Shown here: positions 57,169 through 64,000 of the stretch, piece by piece
How the letters are laid out: each line of letters opens with the position of its first letter
Numbering within the stretch: position 1 is the stretch's first letter
Assembly (NCBI GenBank): GCA_964423425.1
Contig: CAYRES010000001.1
Span: forward strand, 298,191 to 362,190
Source of the DNA: an uncultured Gaiellales bacterium
Lineage (GTDB): Bacteria > Actinomycetota > Thermoleophilia > RBG-16-64-13
Length of the DNA: 64,000 bases
Direction of reading: 5' to 3'
The notes under the pieces: model-generated
The model's database searches: none
Seen by the model: only the letters and a program-made list of their open reading frames with translations
Told to the model about the DNA's origin: nothing
Translations under genes and position numbers: made by a program

Positions 57169-57927
57169 TTACGAGGACGTCAGGGAGCGGCCGAAGCGGC
57201 GCATCTCCTTGTACAGCAGCAACTGCCGCAGGTTGCCGAGCAACGTGCCCAGTTCCACCAGGAGCTCCCGTCCCTCTTCTCTACGCTCGCGGTTGTGGGA
57301 GTGCAGAGAGGGTGCCACCACCTGTTCGACCAGGGAGAACTCCCGCTCGACCGATGAGCGCAGGAGCCGCAGATTCCGAGGCTCCAACCCGTACCTGCCG
57401 AACCGGTGGCAGATACGCGCGATCTCCACATCGCTCTCCCCGAGCAGCCCGCTCAGGCCGTCCTCCCGGCGATCTATGAGCCGGAACTCCACCAGTTGGG
57501 CCAGGAAATCCTCACTCACCCCCAGGACCTCAAGAGCCTCGTCCCAGGTCATCTCTGACTCCTGGCGTATCAGGGCATCTGAGCGCTCGGGAGTATGAGA
57601 ACCGGGTATGGCGCCGCTCACCGCCGAGGCCGTACCCCTATCCAAGCGATCCTTGATGACGTTGAGGGGCAAGTATTGATCGCGCTGCAGCTGCAGAGCC
57701 GTTCTCAAGCGGTGGACATCAGCGGCCGCGTACTTCCGGTAGCCGCCGGAGGTGCGCCGAGGGGTGATGATGCCACGATCTTCGAGATAGCGCACCTTGC
57801 TGATACTGACATCGGGGAAGTCGGAGATGAGCTGTTTCACCACCTGGCCGATGGTGAAAAGACGTTCCTGGGTGCCGCTGGAAGCGAGAGGCTTCGGTTC
57901 TCTGGGTTGCTCCACGCCGCTCATCAC
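57169..57927 (-). CDS. MerR family transcriptional regulator (FtsR/Rv1828-like)
   Basis: N-terminal MerR HTH FTIGQVVKQL...SKVRYLEDRGIITPRRTSGGYRKY. A second domain resembles the actinobacterial Rv1828 type. It sits next to an FHA gene. Confidence 0.8.
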   Translation of the reverse strand: MMSGVEQPREPKPLASSGTQERLFTIGQVVKQLISDFPDVSISKVRYLEDRGIITPRRTSGGYRKYAAADVHRLRTALQLQRDQYLPLNVIKDRLDRGTASAVSGAIPGSHTPERSDALIRQESEMTWDEALEVLGVSEDFLAQLVEFRLIDRREDGLSGLLGESDVEIARICHRFGRYGLEPRNLRLLRSSVEREFSLVEQVVAPSLHSHNRERREEGRELLVELGTLLGNLRQLLLYKEMRRFGRSLTSS

Positions 57928-57937
57928 CCCGCCCGGC

Positions 57938-58408
57938 CTAGCTTTGCGCCTGTTCCAAGAACACGAGCTTGAATTTGCCGATCTGCAGCTCGTCGCCGTC
58001 CTTCAGGCGCTGGCGCTCCACGCGCGTACGATTGACGTAGGTTCCGTTGAGGCTGTTCTGGTCCTCAACCAGCAGACCCGTGGCGTCACGCATGATGCGG
58101 GCGTGATGCCGCGACACCGTGACATCATCCAGGAACAAGCCGCTCTCCGGCGTACGTCCGATAGTGAGGGGCTCGTCCGTGAGGGGTATCTCCTCCCCTT
58201 CGCGCCCTCCACCGGCACGAATGATGAGCATGGGTGCTTCGCGTGGGTAGACAGTCTCGTATTCCTGGTCATGCGGCTCGCATTCGGCCACCGACTCGAG
58301 CACGGCCGTCGTGTGCGCTGCGTCCGATGGTACAAGGCGATTGCCACAACGGCTGCAGAAATTGGCGTCGTCGCTGTTCTCGAAGCCACACTTGGCGCAC
58401 CCGATCAT
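57938..58408 (-). CDS. FHA domain protein with N-terminal zinc ribbon (GarA/OdhI-like position)
   Basis: Zinc ribbon CAKCG...CSRCGN at the N-terminus. The FHA core reads TIGRTPESGLFLDDVTVSRHHARI...NSLNGTYVNRTRV. Confidence 0.8.
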   Translation of the reverse strand: MIGCAKCGFENSDDANFCSRCGNRLVPSDAAHTTAVLESVAECEPHDQEYETVYPREAPMLIIRAGGGREGEEIPLTDEPLTIGRTPESGLFLDDVTVSRHHARIMRDATGLLVEDQNSLNGTYVNRTRVERQRLKDGDELQIGKFKLVFLEQAQS

Positions 58409-58415
58409 CTATCGC

Positions 58416-58733
58416 CTAACCCTTCTTACTCCGTACGTCCATCACGGCGTAGTCGACTTTGTACTGATAGAGCCGGCCGGCAAGCTGATTCTCGATACCC
58501 TCCACTATTTCGGGTTTCTCCACCAACCGGGCGCGGGAATCCTCACTGGTGTTGTTCAGCACATATGGTTCGGCCAGCACCTCATCGAAACGCTTACCAC
58601 TCTGCATCTCGGCGACGATGTGCCGCACGACCCGCTGTTCTCGCACCCCACCCCTCATGTTCGCGAAGAAGTCTCTCGTAGCTTCAATGGCCCGCTCAAG
58701 CATTACTCTTACCCCCTTGCCACGTCGCCACAA
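58416..58733 (-). CDS. hypothetical protein
   Basis: ORF between the FHA gene and gcvH on the same strand, 8 nt from the FHA start. No family recognised. Alternative start MLERAIEA. Confidence 0.4.
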   Translation of the reverse strand: MWRRGKGVRVMLERAIEATRDFFANMRGGVREQRVVRHIVAEMQSGKRFDEVLAEPYVLNNTSEDSRARLVEKPEIVEGIENQLAGRLYQYKVDYAVMDVRSKKG

Positions 58734-58867
58734 CCCTAAACCTAAAGTGTACCTGCAGAGGGGCCCTTGTCAATACGGCACCCCGCCTCACGTGGCTCCT
58801 CCCGCTCGGCTTGGAGCAAGGCCGTGACCCCCTGTCACGTCTCGGGCAGTGCACACCCGGCGGTGTG

Positions 58868-59167
58868 TTATTCCGAGGCCGGCGGATCGACCGGCTCGTC
58901 TTCCACCAGGCCGCGAGAGCTCAGGATCGACGACAGCCGGGTGATGTCGGCCTCGTCAAACAGCGGCCTGCCCTGCCGATGCTTGTCGCGCAGGCGCCTC
59001 ACCATCTCCGCACGAATGATATCGAGCTGACCGTGCAGCAGGCGACGCTTCTTTGATATCTCGCGTTCCTCGGTCTCCAAACGTGCCGACAGTGTCTGTA
59101 GGTCATCATCGCTGTAGGATTGGATGTTGACCAGTAGATCGAACGAAGACGTGTCCTGTTCACTCAT
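58868..59167 (-). CDS. hypothetical coiled-coil protein; candidate single-motif RsiG-like anti-sigma factor
   Basis: 99 aa. EREISKKRRLLHGQLD fits E-x3-S-x2-R-x3-(Q/H)-x3-D at 4 of 5 positions. This is a candidate only. Confidence 0.4.
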   Translation of the reverse strand: MSEQDTSSFDLLVNIQSYSDDDLQTLSARLETEEREISKKRRLLHGQLDIIRAEMVRRLRDKHRQGRPLFDEADITRLSSILSSRGLVEDEPVDPPASE

Positions 59168-59228
59168 GCGGAGTACCCCTGCTCGAATGGGTGTCGGGAA
59201 CGAAAGGCTTCACTGGCGGTACTTCAGG

Positions 59229-59615
59229 TTATTCCCCTTGCTCGGCCAGCATAGCCTCGTATTGCTCATGCGACATGAGCGCATCAAGCTCCTCCATGTG
59301 GGAAAGACGCACCTTGACCAGCCAGCCCTGCTCGTAAGGACTGGAGTTAAGCAGCTCGGGAGCATCGACGACCTGCTCGTTCGCCTCGAGCACAGTACCG
59401 GTCATGGGCGCGAACACATCGGACACCGCCTTCACCGACTCGATCTCCGCATACGGCTCGTCGGCGGCGAGTTCGGTGCCCACTTCGGGCAACTCCACGT
59501 ACACGATGTCACCAAGGGACTTCTGAGCGTAGTCGGTGATGCCGAAGGTGCCGACATCTCCCTCCACACACACCCAGTCGTGCTCCTTGTGGAACTTGAG
59601 GTCCCTGGTGTTCAC
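59229..59615 (-). CDS. gcvH: glycine cleavage system H protein
   Basis: Sequence EHDWVCVEG...ELPEVG...ESVKAVSDVFAPMTG carries the lipoyl-lysine. GTG follows SD AAAGGAGC. The ORF-track 190-aa version is over-extended. Confidence 0.88.
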   Translation of the reverse strand: MNTRDLKFHKEHDWVCVEGDVGTFGITDYAQKSLGDIVYVELPEVGTELAADEPYAEIESVKAVSDVFAPMTGTVLEANEQVVDAPELLNSSPYEQGWLVKVRLSHMEELDALMSHEQYEAMLAEQGE

Positions 59616-59789
59616 CTGCGCTCCTTTCTTGGCCGGGTACGGCTGCTTGTCATGATAGCATGGGGCTGGGACGCGGTTTCCCTCCAGCCTCGGAGGTGAT
59701 TCCCGGAGGCCCCCTCCTGCTCCGCACCGGATGGCCGGCTTCGTCGTTATCACCAGTACACATCCACGCTGAGTCCTGACCGGCCTTTT

Positions 59790-59798
59790 TGTTATACT
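59790..59798 (+). promoter_or_regulatory. extended -10 promoter element TGtTATACT upstream of mglB
   Basis: TGnTATACT lies 43 nt upstream of the mglB ATG in the gcvH/mglB divergent region. Confidence 0.4.
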
Positions 59799-59840
59799 CA
59801 CGCGGGCTTCGCGCCGCCTTCATGCCGAGAGGAGCGCCTC

Positions 59841-60332
59841 ATGGGCACCCGAAAAGCTCTCGTGTTCAGCAATCGTCAAATGAGACGGGTGGATGAGATC
59901 TTGGTGCGCCTGCGCGAAGCCTCGGGCTCCCGCTTCATCGCTCTCGTGTCGACAAGCGGTCAGCCCATCACCTCGAGTTCCGTCGATGCATCCCCCGATG
60001 CCCTCTCGCTCGCTTCGCTGGCGGCGAGTTCCTTCGCGGCTACCCAACAGTTGGCCGAGATTCTGGCGGAGCGTGAGTTCACCCTCCTCTTCCACGAGGG
60101 GCGGGATTCCAATCTGCACGTCTCGCCCGTGACCGAACGGGTACTCTTGGTATTGACCTTCGGCAGGGAGACCCAGCTCGGCAAAGTCCGCCTCTACACC
60201 AATAGGGCCGTCGAAGCGCTCGCCCCCATCTTCGCCGATGCGGAGCGCGATGAGGAGGATTTGGCCATAGACAGGGAGTATTCCGCGAAAGCCGACCAAG
60301 CAATCGAAGACCTCTTTGCCGATGCGGAGTAG
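59841..60332 (+). CDS. mglB: Roadblock/LC7 domain protein MglB (GAP for MglA)
   Basis: Sequence MGT...VDEILVRL...FIALVSTSGQPI...SLASLAASSFAATQQLAEIL...FHEG...RVLLVLTF...LGKVRLY...EDLFAD aligns along its length with Myxococcus and Thermus MglB. ATG follows SD GAGAGGAGCG. Confidence 0.8.
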   Translation: MGTRKALVFSNRQMRRVDEILVRLREASGSRFIALVSTSGQPITSSSVDASPDALSLASLAASSFAATQQLAEILAEREFTLLFHEGRDSNLHVSPVTERVLLVLTFGRETQLGKVRLYTNRAVEALAPIFADAERDEEDLAIDREYSAKADQAIEDLFADAE

Positions 60333-60338
60333 CGTACA

Positions 60339-60923
60339 GTGCCACTGATCAATTTTGCTGCGCGCGAAATCAATTACAAGATTGTCTACTATGGTTGTGG
60401 TCTGTGTGGAAAGACTACGAACATCCAGTACATCCACCGCAAGGTCAATCCCTCGGCACGGGGAAAGCTCGTGAGCATCGCCACCGAGGAGGAGCGGACG
60501 CTGTACTTCGACTTCCTCCCCCTCTCTCTCGGTACGGTCAAGGGCATGAACACCCGTTTTCACCTCTACACAGTCCCTGGGCAATCCCACTACAATGCGT
60601 CGCGGAAGCTCGTGTTGCAAGGGGTGGATGGAGTCGTGTTCGTTGCCGACAGCCAGATCAGCCGCTTGGACGAGAACGTGGAGAGCTACCTGAACCTGTG
60701 GGACAACCTTCTCGATCAGAGCGACGACCTGTCGCGGCTCCCCACCGTCCTCCAGCTCAACAAGCGCGACCTCACCGACATCTTCTCGGTGGCCGACCTC
60801 ACCGAGCTTCTCAATCACACCTCGTCACTGGTGGTGGAGGCGTGTGCCCTGACTGGGGTGGGTGTGTTCGAGACCCTCAAGCTCATCTGCAAACAGGTGA
60901 TAGCCCGCACAGCCCAGGCCTGA
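60339..60923 (+). CDS. mglA: small Ras-like GTPase MglA
   Basis: Sequence INFAAREINYKIVYYGCGLCGKTTNIQYI...RTLYFDFLPLSLG...RFHLYTVPGQ...GVDGVVFVADSQ...NKRDL closely matches Myxococcus xanthus MglA. Confidence 0.85.
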   Translation: MPLINFAAREINYKIVYYGCGLCGKTTNIQYIHRKVNPSARGKLVSIATEEERTLYFDFLPLSLGTVKGMNTRFHLYTVPGQSHYNASRKLVLQGVDGVVFVADSQISRLDENVESYLNLWDNLLDQSDDLSRLPTVLQLNKRDLTDIFSVADLTELLNHTSSLVVEACALTGVGVFETLKLICKQVIARTAQA

Positions 60924-60997
60924 GGAGGATCACCGGACCGGGCAAGCGGGCCTGAACAACCCGGCCGAGGAGCCGTGAGGGGCTACGAATGCCCGCC

Positions 60998-62749
60998 TCA
61001 GGCTCCCACTCTCACGATGTAGTCCTTGGGGGCGTACTCGCTGTTGAACGTGTCTTCGAAGAGCACGTGCCCCTCAGGGCCGTACACCAAGCGATGTACC
61101 TCGGTCATACGTCCGGGAATGCCCTCCTCCACTTCCGAGCGCGAACCTGGGGGCAGGGTCGGATCACGCAAGACGCGCGGCTTGTCAGGAGAGCTGAGGG
61201 GCGGCACCGGGTCGCCGGTCTCGATGACCCGGTAGTCGACCTCCCTCTCCCACGAGGGGGCGGAGAGGGAAACCTCCACCCATGTCTCTCCCGTGCTCAC
61301 GCTGATGAGGATCACCTGGTCGCTATCGTTGCGAAAGCGGAAATCCTGCGAGCCGTAGGAGACCGTTGCATCGCGGCCCAAGGGATAGCGATCGATGAGA
61401 AAGGAGTGAGGCCAGCGTTCCACCACGGGCAGGCCGGCAAAGAAGACGGCGTTGAAGAGCGTGGTCGACACCTGGCAGATACCCCCTCCCACTCCCGGGC
61501 GCAGCACCCCTCCACTGATGACCGGGGCCACGTCGAAACCGGCGGCAACGGTGCGGGGACCGACCGTGGTGTTGAAGGAGAACTCCGTTCCCGGAGAGAC
61601 CACCACTCCATCCAAGAGGCCGGCAACCTGGCGTATGTTGTGCGCCCTCGCTTCATTGGCCGGACTGAAGAAGGTCCGGAAGGAGGCCACCGGCCTCCGT
61701 GTGGCCAACAGGAGCGCATCATCTGTGGACAGTTTCGGTTTGGCCACGGTGGTGGGGATGGCGACCAGGCGGCGGGCGGGCTGGGCTGCTACTCGTTCCA
61801 TGGAGGCCACAAGGGCTTCCCACTGAATGACCGTGCCATCGCTACTCTCGCGCACCACAAACCCCCGCCCGTCCTCCGCGGGGATTATCTCCGCTTCCAC
61901 CGGAGGTCTCTCCACCCCGGTGAGCAGGGTCTCCAACTCGCTCATCGTCTGCTCGGGTGAGAGCATGAGCGGTCTACCGACGGCGATGCCGGCGATATTC
62001 ACCAGGACAAGCCGGGCCAGATCATCCACCGTTACCACGTATTCCTGGTCGCGATAGGTCAACACGAGCGGCGCGGAGAGAAACACCTGGGCCGCTTCGA
62101 GGGCTTCCAGGGCGGCAGAGGTCGTCACCGCCGGCTCGACCTGCTCGAGCGGCAGGGCGACCTTCCTCCGTCCCTGGGCAAGCGCCTCCTCCACCCGCGT
62201 GCGCAGAAGGCCCTCGTCCACGGCCACGCCGGCCTCGCCGGCCACCACCTTCGCCACCCCCTCGACGACGACGAGGGAGGCCTCTTGGGGGAGGCGTTCG
62301 TGCTTCAACGCGATGGCGTCCAGAGTTGTTCTCCAAGAGGGTTCGTCCACCACCAACACACCTTCGATCGATTCCGCCCTAATCCAGGTACGGGCCCTGG
62401 CTGCCAGGCCGGTGAAGAACGCTCCCCTCCCCAGCTGAAGCGCCTTCACTGCCGTCGCCGAGGCGTCGAGGGAGAAACCGGCAGCTCGGGGCACGATCTC
62501 CGAGTGCGTCTCGACACGTCCGTTCTCGCTCTCGAGCACGAGTGAGAGCGGAGTATCGAGGCGGGGAGCGGCAGCCTGCTGCACAGCCGCGACTAACGCC
62601 TCACCGCGAAGTCCGTCGAGCCGCTCCCCCCACAGCTCGACCCCTCGATGGACGCCGCCCCGGTAGGCGACATAATCGAGAAGGGAGAGAACCAACGTCG
62701 TCGCGACCACGGCCATGAGCACCACAAGGCCGACACGTATCACTCTCAT
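60998..62749 (-). CDS. VanW family protein (N-terminal TM plus PG-binding-like and VanW domains)
   Basis: VanW motif GGGICQVSTTLFNAVFFAGLPVVERWPH, plus an N-terminal membrane anchor. Confidence 0.8.
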   Translation of the reverse strand: MRVIRVGLVVLMAVVATTLVLSLLDYVAYRGGVHRGVELWGERLDGLRGEALVAAVQQAAAPRLDTPLSLVLESENGRVETHSEIVPRAAGFSLDASATAVKALQLGRGAFFTGLAARARTWIRAESIEGVLVVDEPSWRTTLDAIALKHERLPQEASLVVVEGVAKVVAGEAGVAVDEGLLRTRVEEALAQGRRKVALPLEQVEPAVTTSAALEALEAAQVFLSAPLVLTYRDQEYVVTVDDLARLVLVNIAGIAVGRPLMLSPEQTMSELETLLTGVERPPVEAEIIPAEDGRGFVVRESSDGTVIQWEALVASMERVAAQPARRLVAIPTTVAKPKLSTDDALLLATRRPVASFRTFFSPANEARAHNIRQVAGLLDGVVVSPGTEFSFNTTVGPRTVAAGFDVAPVISGGVLRPGVGGGICQVSTTLFNAVFFAGLPVVERWPHSFLIDRYPLGRDATVSYGSQDFRFRNDSDQVILISVSTGETWVEVSLSAPSWEREVDYRVIETGDPVPPLSSPDKPRVLRDPTLPPGSRSEVEEGIPGRMTEVHRLVYGPEGHVLFEDTFNSEYAPKDYIVRVGA

Positions 62750-62751
62750 CC

Positions 62752-63450
62752 TTAGTCCTCGACCCGCGTCGCGTACTGGAAGAGAGGCGTCCGGTCGACA
62801 GAGGGAACATGAAGCTGCTCCTGCCGGTGCACTTCGACATGTACTCCGGGGAGGCTGCCAAGGCGGGCGGCGAGGCCGCCGGGCATGAGTAGCGCCGAAT
62901 GCAGCTCGGCCGGGTTGCCCAAGGCCACGATGTCGTAGGGCGGCGAGATGTGGCGCCCCGACATGAGGATGCCCGCCGCGCCTTCGGAGAAGCCGGTATT
63001 GAAATCAACCCTGTGGCCATTCACGGCTATGGCCCTCGCTGCCGCCACGCGAAGCTCGTTGATGATTTCGCACATGTCATACGGGCCGACGAGGCTGCCC
63101 CGAGTATCGGTCAACACCATCCGTACCCCGGGGCCCACAGCTGAGATCGCCCCGGTCACCAGCTCGAGTTCATCTCGGCTGCGCCTCCGCTCGTCTACCA
63201 TTTCGGCATCGGTCTTGCGCGCATACTGGGAGCCGATGAGCTCCAGTCGTAGGTCGACCACCTCAGCCTGAAGGCGCTCCGACTCACGACTGAGGGTCGC
63301 GACGAGCACGCTCAGCTCGTCGACGCTCATGGAAGCGAGATCGGCCTCCACCTGCTGGTGCGTACGGAACTGCAGCACGAGCAGAAAACCCAATACGGCA
63401 AACGTGAGGAACAGGCCCCAGCCGATGCGTGTTGAACGAAGCGCCGCCAT
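62752..63450 (-). CDS. DUF881 domain protein
   Basis: N-terminal TM helix, a coiled-coil, and the DUF881 region VRMVLTD...IINELRVAAARAIAVNGHRV. It is adjacent to sbp. Confidence 0.75.
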   Translation of the reverse strand: MAALRSTRIGWGLFLTFAVLGFLLVLQFRTHQQVEADLASMSVDELSVLVATLSRESERLQAEVVDLRLELIGSQYARKTDAEMVDERRRSRDELELVTGAISAVGPGVRMVLTDTRGSLVGPYDMCEIINELRVAAARAIAVNGHRVDFNTGFSEGAAGILMSGRHISPPYDIVALGNPAELHSALLMPGGLAARLGSLPGVHVEVHRQEQLHVPSVDRTPLFQYATRVED

Positions 63451-63466
63451 GTCACGCCCAGGCCAT

Positions 63467-63808
63467 CTACTTCACGATGAGGCGTCGGATGACGGCCAGG
63501 TTCTGGAACAGCCTCACTCCAAAGGCGACCACAGCGGCCAGGTACAGATTCACACCCAAGCGGTCGCCCAAGAAGGTGATAAGAGCGGCGAGTATGGTGT
63601 TGGTGACGAACCCGGAGATGAAGAGGCGGTCGTTGAACGTGCGTTCCATGAGCGCCCGCACCCCTCCGAGAGCCGAATCGAGTGCGGCGAGGACGGCCAC
63701 GGACAGATAGCGCGCGTACGTGGGAGGCACGTCGTAGCGTATGAGGAGACCGATGCCCACGCCCAACGTCAGGCCCAGAATGGGAAGGTAGTACAGCCTC
63801 TTCACCAC
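63467..63808 (-). CDS. sbp: small basic protein Sbp (DUF1290)
   Basis: Sequence RLYYLPILGLTLGVGIGLL...YARYLSVAVLAALDSALGGVRA...LYLAAVVAFGVRLFQNLAVIRR. GTG start follows GGGAGCG. The ORF-track start at 63889 was rejected. Confidence 0.7.
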   Translation of the reverse strand: MVKRLYYLPILGLTLGVGIGLLIRYDVPPTYARYLSVAVLAALDSALGGVRALMERTFNDRLFISGFVTNTILAALITFLGDRLGVNLYLAAVVAFGVRLFQNLAVIRRLIVK

Positions 63809-63821
63809 GCACGCTCCCGCT

Positions 63822-64000
63822 TCACTGCACACGCTCCACCATCTCGCCCGGCGACAGCCGGCCTTCATATGCGGGCAGAAGCAGCTCACCCCTTTCTTCG
63901 ATCCTCACCCGGAGACCGAACCGGCGGGCATAGTCTTCGACCAGTAGTCGTGCATCTTCATTCTCCCTGAGTGCTCGGGACAAAGACCCGGGGTCGCCTA
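63822..64000 (-). CDS. C-terminal fragment of a second DUF881-like protein (5' end outside the window)
   Basis: Reverse-strand frame reads ...GDPGSLSRALRENEDARLLVEDYARRFGLRVRIEERGELLLPAYEGRLSPGEMVERVQ*. The stop is 13 nt upstream of the sbp start, fitting a DUF881-sbp-DUF881 arrangement. Confidence 0.4.
   Translation of the reverse strand, partial: GDPGSLSRALRENEDARLLVEDYARRFGLRVRIEERGELLLPAYEGRLSPGEMVERVQ

Noticed and set aside
56933-57598. 221-aa plus-strand ORF starting in the convergent spacer.
   Set aside because: Most of it is antisense to the MerR gene and is Arg/Ser/Pro-rich shadow sequence. Only the first ~78 codons lie in the spacer, with no SD.
59616-59760. Possible glycine riboswitch in the gcvH leader.
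   Set aside because: The reverse-strand leader lacks the conserved GGAGAG...ACCGAAGGGGCAA...CTCTGGAGAG cores. gcvH alone is also not the usual riboswitch-controlled gene.

Overview
GC-rich bacterial chromosomal window with strong third-position G/C bias and many GTG/TTG start codons. It is dense core-genome DNA, almost entirely on the + strand, with two minus-strand islands at 8.8 kb and 57-64 kb. Reading the six-frame track by motif, the order is: metK (3' end), priA, def, fmt, rpe, then an FMN riboswitch with intrinsic terminator followed by ribD, ribE, ribBA and ribH. Next come rpmB (-), a Bacillus-like yloU(asp23)-yloV(DAK2)-degV-recG-rsmD-coaD block, and yceD(DUF177)-rpmF. rpmF has a TTG start, is absent from the ORF track, and was found by reading the DNA. 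After it sit two small unknown genes, an EF-G paralog preceded by a structured leader, and an RpiR-family regulator with pdxS-pdxT. Then come yebC-ruvC-ruvA-ruvB, queH-DUF2905-queA-tgt, yajC-secD-secF, a phasin-like gene with an ABC1 kinase, recJ with a long C-terminal extension, and relA/spoT. These are followed by an MBL hydrolase, hisS, aspS, a thioredoxin-like lipoprotein and mnmA. A DUF948/YtxH/RsbW-like/SigB-like stress module comes next, then alaS-ruvX-mltG-aroE. The last plus-strand block is pilB-pilT-pilC followed by a group-3 sigma factor. On the minus strand, an Actinobacteria-like gcvH/FHA/MerR block carries two extra small ORFs, one resembling a single-motif RsiG anti-sigma. It is followed by mglB-mglA (a Roadblock protein plus a small Ras-like GTPase polarity switch) on the plus strand, and a minus-strand VanW/DUF881/sbp/DUF881 envelope cluster running off the window. 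No CRISPR array, IS element, tRNA or rRNA was found. The most interesting content is the motility-regulation neighbourhood (T4P ATPases, sigma factor, RsiG-like protein, MglAB). Other candidates are the RecJ extension, an EF-G paralog lacking the catalytic switch-II histidine behind an attenuator-like leader, and a 409-bp convergent spacer with a 14-bp perfect palindrome. All calls are by eye from sequence and motif memory; no searches were run.
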